Assembly: GCA_965248695.1 (NCBI GenBank)
Contig: CBDFKD010000002.1
Location: 768,001-832,000, forward strand
Reading direction: 5' to 3'
From: Acidobacteriota bacterium
GTDB lineage: Bacteria > Acidobacteriota > UBA890 > WLXD01
DNA length: 64,000 nt
Shown here: positions 47,277 to 56,639 of the stretch, piece after piece
Layout: each line of letters begins with the position of its first letter
Position numbering within the stretch: the first letter of the stretch is position 1
Translations under genes and position numbers: made by a program
The notes under the pieces: generated by a model
The model's input: the letters and a program-made list of their open reading frames with translations, nothing else
The model's database searches: none
Told to the model about the DNA's origin: nothing

Positions 47277-48239
47277 TCAGTACTCGGCCCCCATGTCGTC
47301 GTTCTTTGTTGTTGCCTCGATCACGAAACGTGGCCTCTTGCGCGCCTCGTCGAGGGCGCGCCACAAGTACTCACCGAGGACTCCTAGCATCAGCATCTGC
47401 ATTCCTCCGAGCACCAGGACGGCGACCATTAGTGATGCGTAGCCTTGGACCGGTGACCCTCGTACCAGGGCGTTGAACGCGACGAACCCGCCGTACGCGA
47501 TACCGGACGCGCCGACGACGACGCCTGCGTACGTCATGATCCGGATCGGCTTGTAGGTGAAGGCCGTGATCGAATCAACGAGGATCTTCAGCTTTCGCTC
47601 CAAGCTCCAGCCCGAGGTGCCGTGTTGCCTTTGGCTCTTGTCGTACGCAACTACCTCCTGACGGAAGCCGAGCCAAGTAAGAAGCCCCATCGTAGTCACA
47701 TTCGCTTCGCTGAACTTCTCGAAGGCGCGAACGACCTGATGGTCGACCAGGAAGAAGTCAGAGCCGGTCGGGGGCATCTGATCCAATCCCACGAAATTAC
47801 GCATGAGGTAGAAATAGAGCCTGGAGAAACCGCGTGTCATCGCGCTGTCACCTGGCCGCCCACGCCTGATTCCCCAGACGATTTGCGCACCGTCACGCCA
47901 CTGGTCGATCAGATCCGGAATCAGCTCGGGGGGGTCCTGGAGGTCTGCGGCCAGGATCACCGCGCAGTCGCCGGTCGCTCTGGAAAGGCCACACGCGAGT
48001 GCCAGGTGTGCACCGACGTTGCGCGCCAGTCGGACCCCGCAGATGCTGGGATTGGAAGCCGCAAGCGCCTGCAGCGCACGAAACGTCCCGTCTGAAGAAT
48101 GGTCGTCTATGACAATCCACTCCCACGTACAGTCAATACCGCCGAGCGTTCGCATCAGCCGCTCGTGCAGGATCGGGAGGTTCTCCTCCTCGTTGTACGC
48201 GGGAGTGATCACCGAAAGCCGGATCGGTCGGGATGCCAT
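47277..48239 (-). CDS. GT2 polyprenol-phosphate glycosyltransferase (GtrB/ArnC-like)
   Basis: PAYNEEENL, DDHSSDGT, ADLQDPPELI, two C-terminal TMs, LGVLGEYLWR. Confidence 0.93.
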   Translation of the reverse strand: MASRPIRLSVITPAYNEEENLPILHERLMRTLGGIDCTWEWIVIDDHSSDGTFRALQALAASNPSICGVRLARNVGAHLALACGLSRATGDCAVILAADLQDPPELIPDLIDQWRDGAQIVWGIRRGRPGDSAMTRGFSRLYFYLMRNFVGLDQMPPTGSDFFLVDHQVVRAFEKFSEANVTTMGLLTWLGFRQEVVAYDKSQRQHGTSGWSLERKLKILVDSITAFTYKPIRIMTYAGVVVGASGIAYGGFVAFNALVRGSPVQGYASLMVAVLVLGGMQMLMLGVLGEYLWRALDEARKRPRFVIEATTKNDDMGAEY

Positions 48240-48276
48240 TGCTGATCCGTCAGAAGACCGGTCCATCGACAAGCTT

Positions 48277-49137
48277 CTATTCTCTCGCTGCAAGCGGTTT
48301 TGCCGCTGTCAGCTTGAAGTACTTGAACAGACGCCCCGACATTGGAAGCGCGGCAGTGAGATAGTCATCGATGATCGTCTCGGATTCGACACCTGCGTTC
48401 TTGCGCAGCGAGGCCTCGCCCAGAAACCATCGGTGCTGTACGCGCACGTCGACGAACCCGATTTTGACGAAGAGGTCGCGAGTCGCTCGCGGGTCCATGC
48501 CACCTTTGGTCATCTTCTGGAACTCGGCTAATCGGGTGATTTCCTCGTCGACGCCAAAGTCCTCCTGTATCTGACGAGCCTTGCCAAGCACGTTGTCACG
48601 CTCTGCCGTTACAAGATCGGAGCTGACGGCCGGGTCGCTGTCAACACGATGGAGAAACTCGAAGTACTCCTCGTTGGGGTCTTCGTCAGAGTAGAAAGTG
48701 CCGCCGGGCTTGAGGACTCGATACACCTCGGCCACGACAGCTTGCAGATGCTCAATGTGGTGAAGCACGCCGTACGCGGTGCAGACATTGGCCGTCGAAT
48801 CGTCGAGAGGAATCCGACGAATGTCACCCAGAGCGACCTTAATATTGGGCGCAGGCTCGACTAGTGAGAGCATGCGCGGCGTCGCGTCAACGCCGACTAT
48901 TCTGTCAAAGTGGCTCCTCGCAAGCGAACAGATGAACCCTGTTCCGCATCCGAGATCGAGCAGTACCTGGTTGCCTGATCGTTCGGCACTGCGCTCGATG
49001 ATCCCCGTAACGCGAGCTCTATTGATGTCGTCGTCGAAGTACGGTTGTGAGCCAGCGTAGTGCTGCGCCAACTCCGAGTGGAAGCGAACGTTCGCCTCGA
49101 GTACATCGTCCCGGGAACCGGACATCCCGTGAGTCAT
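48277..49137 (-). CDS. Class I SAM-dependent methyltransferase
   Basis: LLDLGCGTG, VLHHI, RVLKPGG. Confidence 0.88.
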   Translation of the reverse strand: MTHGMSGSRDDVLEANVRFHSELAQHYAGSQPYFDDDINRARVTGIIERSAERSGNQVLLDLGCGTGFICSLARSHFDRIVGVDATPRMLSLVEPAPNIKVALGDIRRIPLDDSTANVCTAYGVLHHIEHLQAVVAEVYRVLKPGGTFYSDEDPNEEYFEFLHRVDSDPAVSSDLVTAERDNVLGKARQIQEDFGVDEEITRLAEFQKMTKGGMDPRATRDLFVKIGFVDVRVQHRWFLGEASLRKNAGVESETIIDDYLTAALPMSGRLFKYFKLTAAKPLAARE

Positions 49138-49844
49138 CGATTACCTCCTCCTGCTCGAAGCCCAGCCGAGCTGGGCTTCGGATCACAGGCTTGTTCGCGG
49201 CTGGAGGATTGGATGCACTCGATGGGAGTCGGAGGGTCGCAGGACGCGTTGCGAAAGTCCACGCGGCGAGTTTTCGTATCGAGAATCGCGTACGGGGCTC
49301 CCGGGCTCCCGTCTCGGGGCTGTCCACAGCTCCCCGGATTGACGATGATCTTGTCGCCGACAAGTCGGTGCAACGCGTGGTGCGTGTGGCCGAGCACGAT
49401 TACCTCCGCATCGACGCACGCGAAGCGATCGAATCCTGAGAAATCTGGATAAACATATTCCTCGAGGTGGTCCCAGGGGCTGCCATGGCATACGTGGAAC
49501 CGAAGGCCGCCGAACGAGCGCTCTATCATTGTCGGGAGCGCCCGCAGAAAGGCCCCGTGCTCCTCGGTGAGGCGTGACTTGGTGTACGAGACGGAGCGTC
49601 TCAAGACCGTTCCTGCACCAGGCGGCAAGGCCTCCAGATACGCATCGTGGTTGCCTTTGACGCATTCGACGCCACGTCGCACCAGATCCCGGATCACCCC
49701 GTTGGGTTCAGTGTAGTACCCCGTAATGTCGCCCGCACAGAGCACCCGATCAACGCCGCGTAGATCATGCAACACCGCCCGGAGGGCGGGCCTGTTCGCG
49801 TGGACATCGGAGATCAGCCCGACTTTCACTCGCCATCCCACCAT
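49134..49844 (-). CDS. Metallophosphoesterase (YfcE-like)
   Basis: SDVHAN, GD, GNHD, HGSP, GHTH, NPGSCGQPRDG. Confidence 0.92.
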   Translation of the reverse strand: MVGWRVKVGLISDVHANRPALRAVLHDLRGVDRVLCAGDITGYYTEPNGVIRDLVRRGVECVKGNHDAYLEALPPGAGTVLRRSVSYTKSRLTEEHGAFLRALPTMIERSFGGLRFHVCHGSPWDHLEEYVYPDFSGFDRFACVDAEVIVLGHTHHALHRLVGDKIIVNPGSCGQPRDGSPGAPYAILDTKTRRVDFRNASCDPPTPIECIQSSSREQACDPKPSSAGLRAGGGNR

Positions 49845-50719
49845 CGAAACGGTCTATCGCCCGAGCGGGAAAAAGCGATGTAATCTGCGAGACCAGCCTC
49901 GAGTGAAGCCAGTGGCGAGTATCCGAGCGCTTCTTGGCTCGAAGTCGGATCGACCTCCGATCGAGAAGCTTCCTGCGGATCCGGTCTCTCACCGACAACG
50001 ATCCTGCTTCGGCATCCCGGAACGAGTCGGACGACCATCTTGGCGAGCTCAGACATCGATACCGATGCGCCACCGCCGATTTCGAAGACGCCCGACGCCG
50101 TGGACGCCGCCCCGCGGAGGCAGGCCCGGGCAGCGTCGCATACGTGTACGAAGTTCTGCGTTCGTGAACCTGAACCGTACACATTGAGATCCACGGATGA
50201 GATGGCTGCGTTGACGAACATCGGAAGCACGGTGTCTTGGTGCATCCCTGGTCCGTACGGTGCGGCTAGACGCAGAGACACCACTCGACAGTTCGATGAT
50301 CGTCGCGAGTACTCTCCAAGCAGCTCGGCGGCCAGTTTGCTGATGGCGTATGGATGCCCGGGGGTTGCCACGCTGATGCTCGACATGTTGATGAATACCG
50401 GTACATGCAGCCGGATTGCAGCGTCCAGCAGTATCGCTGAGCCCAGCGTGTTGGCTTGTACGTATTGCTCAGCGCTGTTCTCGGAATGACTCGGTATGAG
50501 TGCCGCCAAATGAAATACGGCGTCGATTTTCTCGATCGAGTCCGGCTCGACGCGCAGCGTATCGGGCAGCAGTAGGTCCCCGAACCTGCAGGTTACTCGA
50601 GGGCTGATCGGTCGGATCTTTCTCCGCGTCAAGCACTCTACTTCCCACCCGGCATCGAGCAACGACTTGACGACGTACCGGCCAATGAAACCGGTGCCGC
50701 CGGTAACGAGTGCGCGCAT
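49826..50719 (-). CDS. NAD-dependent epimerase/dehydratase
   Basis: LVTGGTGFIG, HLAA, YAISK, YGPG, FVHVCD. Start trimmed to MRALV. Confidence 0.92.
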   Translation of the reverse strand: MRALVTGGTGFIGRYVVKSLLDAGWEVECLTRRKIRPISPRVTCRFGDLLLPDTLRVEPDSIEKIDAVFHLAALIPSHSENSAEQYVQANTLGSAILLDAAIRLHVPVFINMSSISVATPGHPYAISKLAAELLGEYSRRSSNCRVVSLRLAAPYGPGMHQDTVLPMFVNAAISSVDLNVYGSGSRTQNFVHVCDAARACLRGAASTASGVFEIGGGASVSMSELAKMVVRLVPGCRSRIVVGERPDPQEASRSEVDPTSSQEALGYSPLASLEAGLADYIAFSRSGDRPFRWWDGE

Positions 50720-50735
50720 TGACTCCGTAGGGGCT

Positions 50736-51794
50736 CTATGCGGTGGGAACGCTGTTGAGAATTTCGCTAGGCACGATGATGCTGCGAAACGCCCGAACTG
50801 CCGCGACGTTGGAGCGATAGCCAATCCTCCCGAACTTCTCGCCGCCGAGGAAGTTCCTGAGCAGGATATCCGGCTCATTGAAGCCGACGTCCGCACGGAT
50901 CGAGCTCGTGCCGGAGAAGCGCGCGTGGACCTCGAAAACGGCAACGTTGCCCTGAACCAGGCGACATTGGATATTCGCCGGGCCGCGAACTCCGATCTCG
51001 CAAGCGAGCCGCTCGCAGCAGTCCTGTATTTGCCGATGGCGTATCACGACCCCCTGCGAGTAGCCGGTCGAAAGTTCGTACCGCGTGTCCCCAACGACTC
51101 GGGTCGAGCCGAGCGACAGACCGATGAGCTTCCGGTGGAGGACGATCGAGTCGATGACGTCACCCGCTCTCGAAATCAGCACGCCTACGGTGTACTCGTC
51201 GTTCGGAGTTCCGATGTACTCCTGGAACAGGACGTTGCCGGGACGCGAGGTACTGTCGAGATATGTCTCGAGCTCGTCCTCGTCGGTGAGGATGGCGACG
51301 CCGCGCGACCCCCCCGTGTCTTGCGTAGGCTTGACGACAATCGGGAAACCGACCTCGGCGACGAGACCCCGCCAATCGGTAGCGCTTGCAGATCGCGGTG
51401 CGTGGAACCCATTGGAATCGAGCCAGCTCTGGAGCGCCGCTTTGTCGCTGCATAGCCGGATCGTTTCGACTGGGCTACCGATGACGGCGCACCCCATGGA
51501 AGCGAAGACATCTCTGGTCTCCGCCAGCATGAGGTTCTCGACCTCTGTCCCGGGGAGAATCGCGTTGAGCCTCTCACGCTCGATGAGACGCTCGATCGCG
51601 GGCGTGTACGCGGGGTCCGCTGCCGGGGGCACGAGGTATCTGTTCGGTGTCTCGAACAACCCGAAGGAGAACGAGTCCGAATCTGTCGCGACCACGTGAT
51701 ACTTGTCGCCTAGTAGCGAGAGCCCATGCAAAACCTGATTGCCCACAGACCGACCGCCGACGCCCGTCACCATCACCCGCGTCTTGCCGCTCAA
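50736..51794 (-). CDS. ATP-grasp domain protein (carbamoyl-phosphate-synthase-like)
   Basis: VTGVGG, ILPGTEVE, CSDK, FPIVVKP..GGSRGV, QEYI, EYTV, NIQ, FEVHARFSG. TTG 51794 follows GGAG. Confidence 0.88.
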   Translation of the reverse strand: MSGKTRVMVTGVGGRSVGNQVLHGLSLLGDKYHVVATDSDSFSFGLFETPNRYLVPPAADPAYTPAIERLIERERLNAILPGTEVENLMLAETRDVFASMGCAVIGSPVETIRLCSDKAALQSWLDSNGFHAPRSASATDWRGLVAEVGFPIVVKPTQDTGGSRGVAILTDEDELETYLDSTSRPGNVLFQEYIGTPNDEYTVGVLISRAGDVIDSIVLHRKLIGLSLGSTRVVGDTRYELSTGYSQGVVIRHRQIQDCCERLACEIGVRGPANIQCRLVQGNVAVFEVHARFSGTSSIRADVGFNEPDILLRNFLGGEKFGRIGYRSNVAAVRAFRSIIVPSEILNSVPTA

Positions 51795-52070
51795 TAGGCT
51801 CCGCCGCGTTGTCGCCGGGTTGGGCGCTGATGTGGCTCGAAGCGACCTGGTGACCGTGCTTGGTCGCGAACTCCAGCGTAATGGTACTGGAGTAGCCTGT
51901 TTCGGTGGACCGTTGAACGCCCGGACCAGCGCGACGTCAAGTTTCCTTCGGACGCACCGCGCGTTCCACGCCGGGGAGGTCAGCGAAGGGCGACAGCATG
52001 CTATCGTCGCACGCCAACACGGTCGAACCCTCGCTGCCGTCGCCGACCCAAACAGCTTCGGTCCTAGAAC

Positions 52071-53630
52071 ATGAGTCGGAGTCCCTCTTCGAATCGGATG
52101 CTCTTCACAGCATCCTTTATTGCCCTCGTCACGACCGCCTTCGCGTTCATGCTGCGCATCAATCTGATGGGTGTGTGGGAGAGTGCCTACGCTCTCGACA
52201 AGACGCAGGTAGGGACGATCTTCGGAGCCGGCTTCTGGCCCTTCGGCGCCAGCATCATCCTCTTCAGCCTGATCATCGACAGGGTGGGCTACGGCAAGGC
52301 GATGGCGTTCGCGTTCGCCTGCCACGTGCTCTTCGCGGTGCTGACGATCACCGCCACCGGCTACCAGATGCTGTACTGGGCCAGCGTCATCGGCGCTCTC
52401 GGTAACGGTGCTGTCGAGGCGGTGATCAATCCCCTGATCGCCACCGTGTACGCCAAGGACAAGACGAAGTGGCTCAACATCCTGCACGCTGGATGGCCGG
52501 GCGGGCTGGTGATCACGGGGATCGTGGTTCTGAGCGTCGGCGACGCGGTGCCGTGGCAGTGGCAGATCGCGATGATCCTCATTCCGACGTTCATCTATGG
52601 CGCGATGATGCTGCGGATGGAGTTTCCGGTGAGTGAACGGGTGGCGGCCGGCGTCTCGTATCGCGACATGCTGGCCGAGGTAGGCTGGGGAGGCGCGTTC
52701 GTTGCCTTCCTGCTCATCGTGATGGAGCTGACGACCAACGTTCTGGGCATCGAAGCCCTGATGAGTCTCGGCGCCCAGGTAGCGATTGCCGCCGCGATGG
52801 CAGCGGCATACGGCTTCTACGCCCGCTCGTTCGGCCGACCGTTGTTCGTCTTCATGCTGGTGCTCATGCTCTTCCTCGCCACCACCGAGCTCGGCACCGA
52901 CAGCTGGGTCAAGGATCTGCTCGGGCCGGCGATCGGCAGCACGCTCGGCATCGATGCGGGCTGGGTGCTGGTCTACACCGCCCTGATCATGATGGTGCTG
53001 CGCTTCCGGTGCGGTCCGCTGGTGCAGCGCCTGCAGCCGCTCGGAGTCCTGGCGATTAGCGCCGCGCTGGTGGCGGCGGGCATCTTCTGGCTGTCGGTAC
53101 TTGGCGGCGACCCTGACACGACCGCCCTGGTGGTCATCATTGCGGCAACCGTCTACGGGGTCGGACAGACTTTCTTCTGGCCGACCACCCTGGGCTTCGT
53201 CTCGGAACAGTTTCCCCGCGGCGGCGCTATGACCCTCAACGTTATCGCCGGCGCCGGCATGCTCGGCGTGGGTGTTCTCGGTAACGTTTGGCTGGGTAAT
53301 CTCCAGGACACCAACGTTGTCGACGCCCTGGAAGCGAGTCGTCCGGAGCTCGTCGCTCGTTACGTAGAGGATCGCCCACCGAGCATCTTCGGCGACTATC
53401 GCGCCCTCACCGATGAGGCCGTGGCTCTGCGGGACGCCGGTGTGGCCCCAGATGCCGACGTGCTGGCATCGGTTACCAACGAGGGGAAGATGACGGCCCT
53501 GCGCAAGGTCGTGATCCTGCCGGTCATCATGTTGGTGGCCTACCTGGGGCTCTTGCTCTTGTTCCGCGCCAGGGGCGGCTATCGCCCCGTCGAGTTCGAC
53601 CGTCTCGCAACGGACTCTGACTCCCCGTAG
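52071..53630 (+). CDS. MFS transporter (sugar-type)
   Basis: About 12 TM helices; IIDRVGYG, GNGAVEAVINP, LHAGWPGG, FFWPTTLG. Confidence 0.9.
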   Translation: MSRSPSSNRMLFTASFIALVTTAFAFMLRINLMGVWESAYALDKTQVGTIFGAGFWPFGASIILFSLIIDRVGYGKAMAFAFACHVLFAVLTITATGYQMLYWASVIGALGNGAVEAVINPLIATVYAKDKTKWLNILHAGWPGGLVITGIVVLSVGDAVPWQWQIAMILIPTFIYGAMMLRMEFPVSERVAAGVSYRDMLAEVGWGGAFVAFLLIVMELTTNVLGIEALMSLGAQVAIAAAMAAAYGFYARSFGRPLFVFMLVLMLFLATTELGTDSWVKDLLGPAIGSTLGIDAGWVLVYTALIMMVLRFRCGPLVQRLQPLGVLAISAALVAAGIFWLSVLGGDPDTTALVVIIAATVYGVGQTFFWPTTLGFVSEQFPRGGAMTLNVIAGAGMLGVGVLGNVWLGNLQDTNVVDALEASRPELVARYVEDRPPSIFGDYRALTDEAVALRDAGVAPDADVLASVTNEGKMTALRKVVILPVIMLVAYLGLLLLFRARGGYRPVEFDRLATDSDSP

Positions 53631-53636
53631 CCATTC

Positions 53637-53660
53637 CACACTTCCACCATGGCCTGCTAG
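53637..53660. repeat. Dispersed 24-bp repeat, copy 2
   Basis: CACACTTCCACCATGGCCTGCTAG, 22/24 identical to 15508-15531. Confidence 0.6.
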
Positions 53661-53669
53661 CCCAGACTC

Positions 53670-55174
53670 ATGCGCGAAGCTGACGAGGCCCTGCTGCTCG
53701 GTCTCGACCTCGGCACCGGGGGAGCGCGGGCGGTAATCGCGAGTGCCGCGGGCGACGTCGTGGCGACGAGCGCGGCGGAACTGGAGCCGGATGCCGCTTC
53801 GGGCCATCCTGCCCCGAGTCGCCCGGTTGGCACGAGCAGCGGCCGGAGCTCTGGTGGGATGCCGCCCGGCGGGCGATCCGCGGCGTCATGGAGGAGGCCG
53901 AGGGTGCCACCGATGTAACCCGGAGGCTGCGCGCCATGTGCGTCGACGGTACGTCGGGAACCGTGGTCGGAATCGACCGTGACGGCAACTCCACGACGCC
54001 CGCGCTGATGTACAACGATGCGCGCGCCGCCGACGAGGCGCTCGAGCTCGACGCGGTAGCGCTCGGTTCCGACCAGGCTGCCGCACCGCGTATCAGCGCG
54101 ACCTTCGGCATCGCCAAGATGCTCTGGCTAGCACGGAACCGGCCGCGGGAGCTCGCCGCCACCCACGTCTTCGCGCACCAGGCCGATTTCGTAGTCGCTC
54201 GTCTGACCGGACAGGTCGGTACGACCGACACCAGCAACGCGCTCAAGTCCGGTTTCGATCTCCACACAGCGTCGTGGGCCAGCTGGATCGACGCGTACCC
54301 GGAGCTGCGTGGCCGGTTACCCCGGGTGGTCGCGCCGGGTACCCGGCTCGGTCGCGTGTCCGAAGCCGCCGCTGCCGCGCTCGGGCTCCCCACCGGCGTC
54401 CGTGTGGTGGCGGGGGTCACCGACGGTACCGCCGCCTTCCTGGCCTCCGGCGCGAGTCGGGTCGGAGACAGCAACACGACGCTGGGCACGACGCTCGTGT
54501 TCAAGCGCATCGCCGATCACCACGTAGCGGATCCGGAGGGCCTGGTCTATTGCCACCGGCTACCCGGCGGCGTCTGGCTGCCCGGGGCAGCCAGCAATGT
54601 GGGCGGAGATTGGATTCGGAAGGATTTCGCCGACGCCGACCTCGGGCAGCTCGACGATGCAGCGGTTGCATGGCTCCCGTCGGAGCAGCTCGCCTACCCG
54701 TTACGTGGAAGCGGCGAGCGATTCCCGTTCAGGTGTGCCGACGCTGTGGGCTTCATCGAACCGGCGGCCGCCGGGCGGGCTGCATGCTACGCGGCGAACC
54801 TACAGGGCACTGCCCTCGTCGAGCGTCTCGGCTACGAGACGCTCGATCGGGTTGCGGACGGCGGTGGAGCTGTCGCGGCGGGGCCTGTCTACGCCACCGG
54901 TGGCGGCAGTCGCAGCGACGTCTGGATGCAGCTTCGCGCCGATGCGTGCGGTCGTACCTATCACCGGCCAAGGTGCCCTGAATCGGCTTTTGGCTGCGCG
55001 ATCGTGGCCGCCGCGGGTACGATTCACCACAACTTGTGGGACGCGAGCCGAGCCATGACTAGAATCGTCGCGACGTTTCGACCTGACCCGTCTCGTCATG
55101 CAGCGTACGAGGAGCTCTATGAGCGATTCCTGCGGCTGCTTGAACGGCGTGGCTTTCTCGACCGGTGGCACTGA
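53670..55174 (+). pseudogene. FGGY-family carbohydrate kinase, frameshifted near 53790-53825
   Basis: LGLDLGTGGARA is in the 53670 frame; GWHEQRPELWW, DGTSGT, MYNDAR, TDGTAA, TLGTT and GGGSRS are in the 53888 frame. Confidence 0.85.
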
Positions 55175-55863
55175 TGACCCAGATTGTGACCGAGTTAGTA
55201 GCAGCGGCCCGAGAGCTCGTGACGTCGGGCCTGGTGACAGGCGCCGGCGGCAATGTCAGCGTACGGCAACACGATCGGATGTGGATCTCGCCGAGCGGAT
55301 TCTCGCTCCAGGACGCCGGCGAGGAACACTATCCGTGCATCTCGGTGGCCACCGGTGAGATCGTCTCGGGCGCCCAGCGCCCCTCGTCGGAAGTGCTCAT
55401 GCACCTGTACATCTATCGGGCGCGCGCGGACGTGAATGCAGTGATTCACGCCCATCCGAAGATGACGATTGCCCTCTGTTCTGCAGGTCACGATCTACGC
55501 GCGATGTTCGCCGACTACTACGTGTACCTGGGCCCGAACGTTCCGCACGTTCCCTATGTCACCGTGACTACGCCGGAGCTGGCGCGGGTCGTCGAGCGCG
55601 AGGTCGAAGCTCCGTCCTGTCACGGCATGGTGCTACGGAATCACGGGACGATCACCGTCGGCGCGTCGGTCAAGGAGGCTGCTTTTCGCGCCTATGCGAT
55701 GGAAGAACAGGCGTTCATCCAGTGGCACGCCCTACAGGTCGGTGAGCCTACCTATCTGACCGACGAGGAGTGCGCCAAGCTCGATTCACTCGACAGCGAG
55801 GAATACCGACGACGGCTCCTGGGGGAGATGAAGTCGACGCGCACGACCCTGACCCCATCCTGA
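55174..55863 (+). CDS. Class II aldolase/adducin family (FucA/AraD-like)
   Basis: GGNVS, ISPSG, PSSE..MH, VIHAHP, LRNHG; TGATG overlap with the kinase stop. Confidence 0.92.
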   Translation: MTQIVTELVAAARELVTSGLVTGAGGNVSVRQHDRMWISPSGFSLQDAGEEHYPCISVATGEIVSGAQRPSSEVLMHLYIYRARADVNAVIHAHPKMTIALCSAGHDLRAMFADYYVYLGPNVPHVPYVTVTTPELARVVEREVEAPSCHGMVLRNHGTITVGASVKEAAFRAYAMEEQAFIQWHALQVGEPTYLTDEECAKLDSLDSEEYRRRLLGEMKSTRTTLTPS

Positions 55864-55886
55864 GGCGACGGAGCCCCGTCGATCAA

Positions 55887-56630
55887 ATGTTCCGCGCGCT
55901 GCTGTTCGATCTCGACGACACGCTCTACGGGTTCGCTCCATGTGATGAAGTGGGGTTGGTCGCCGCACATACTGTCCTTGCCCGCCACTTTGACATCGGG
56001 GCACCAGATTTTCGCGCCCTCCATGACCGGGTACGGCGCGATGTTGCGGAGCGGCTCAGCGGTCAGGCGGCGTCGCACAGCCGCACCCTTTTCTTCAAGT
56101 CGATGCTCGAAGAGCTCACCGGCGGCTGCCGCGGCGATCTCGCGGTGCGAATGACAGATGGCTACTGGGACGCCTTCTTGGACCACATGACACCGGGTCC
56201 ACATACCCACGATGTGCTCGCCAGGCTCGGGGCAACCTGCGAGCTGGCCCTGGTGACCAACCAGACCGCCGACGTTCAGCTCAGGAAGATCCGTAAGCTC
56301 GGGTTAGAGCCCTACTTCGCGGTGGTGGTTACCAGTGAGGAGTGCGGCATCGAGAAACCGGACGCACGCGTGTTTCAACGAGCCCTGACGGCGCTGGGTG
56401 TTGCGGCCGAGGAAGCGGTCATGGTCGGCGACGATCCTGAGCGCGACATCCGCGGCGCCTCGGAGCTCGGCCTGTACACCGTCCAGACGACGGAGTTCGC
56501 CTCCACCTGTGTAGGAGGCCATGAGGTTCCGCCGACTGCCGGCGTGGACGGTGTGTCGGGGTCGGCGGCGGCCGACGTCGTCGTGGGGGCGTTGCACGAG
56601 CTCCCGGACGCGCTGGCGGTGCTGCGCTGA
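55887..56630 (+). CDS. HAD-family hydrolase
   Basis: FDLDDTL, VTN, EKPD, VGDDPERDI. Confidence 0.92.
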   Translation: MFRALLFDLDDTLYGFAPCDEVGLVAAHTVLARHFDIGAPDFRALHDRVRRDVAERLSGQAASHSRTLFFKSMLEELTGGCRGDLAVRMTDGYWDAFLDHMTPGPHTHDVLARLGATCELALVTNQTADVQLRKIRKLGLEPYFAVVVTSEECGIEKPDARVFQRALTALGVAAEEAVMVGDDPERDIRGASELGLYTVQTTEFASTCVGGHEVPPTAGVDGVSGSAAADVVVGALHELPDALAVLR

Positions 56631-56639
56631 CCGCTTCGC

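Noticed and set aside
51795-53807. N-terminal two-thirds of the 1023-aa ORF 50736-53807
   Set aside because: Antisense shadow of the MFS gene; only the last ~350 aa (ATP-grasp) are protein-like and have their own RBS.
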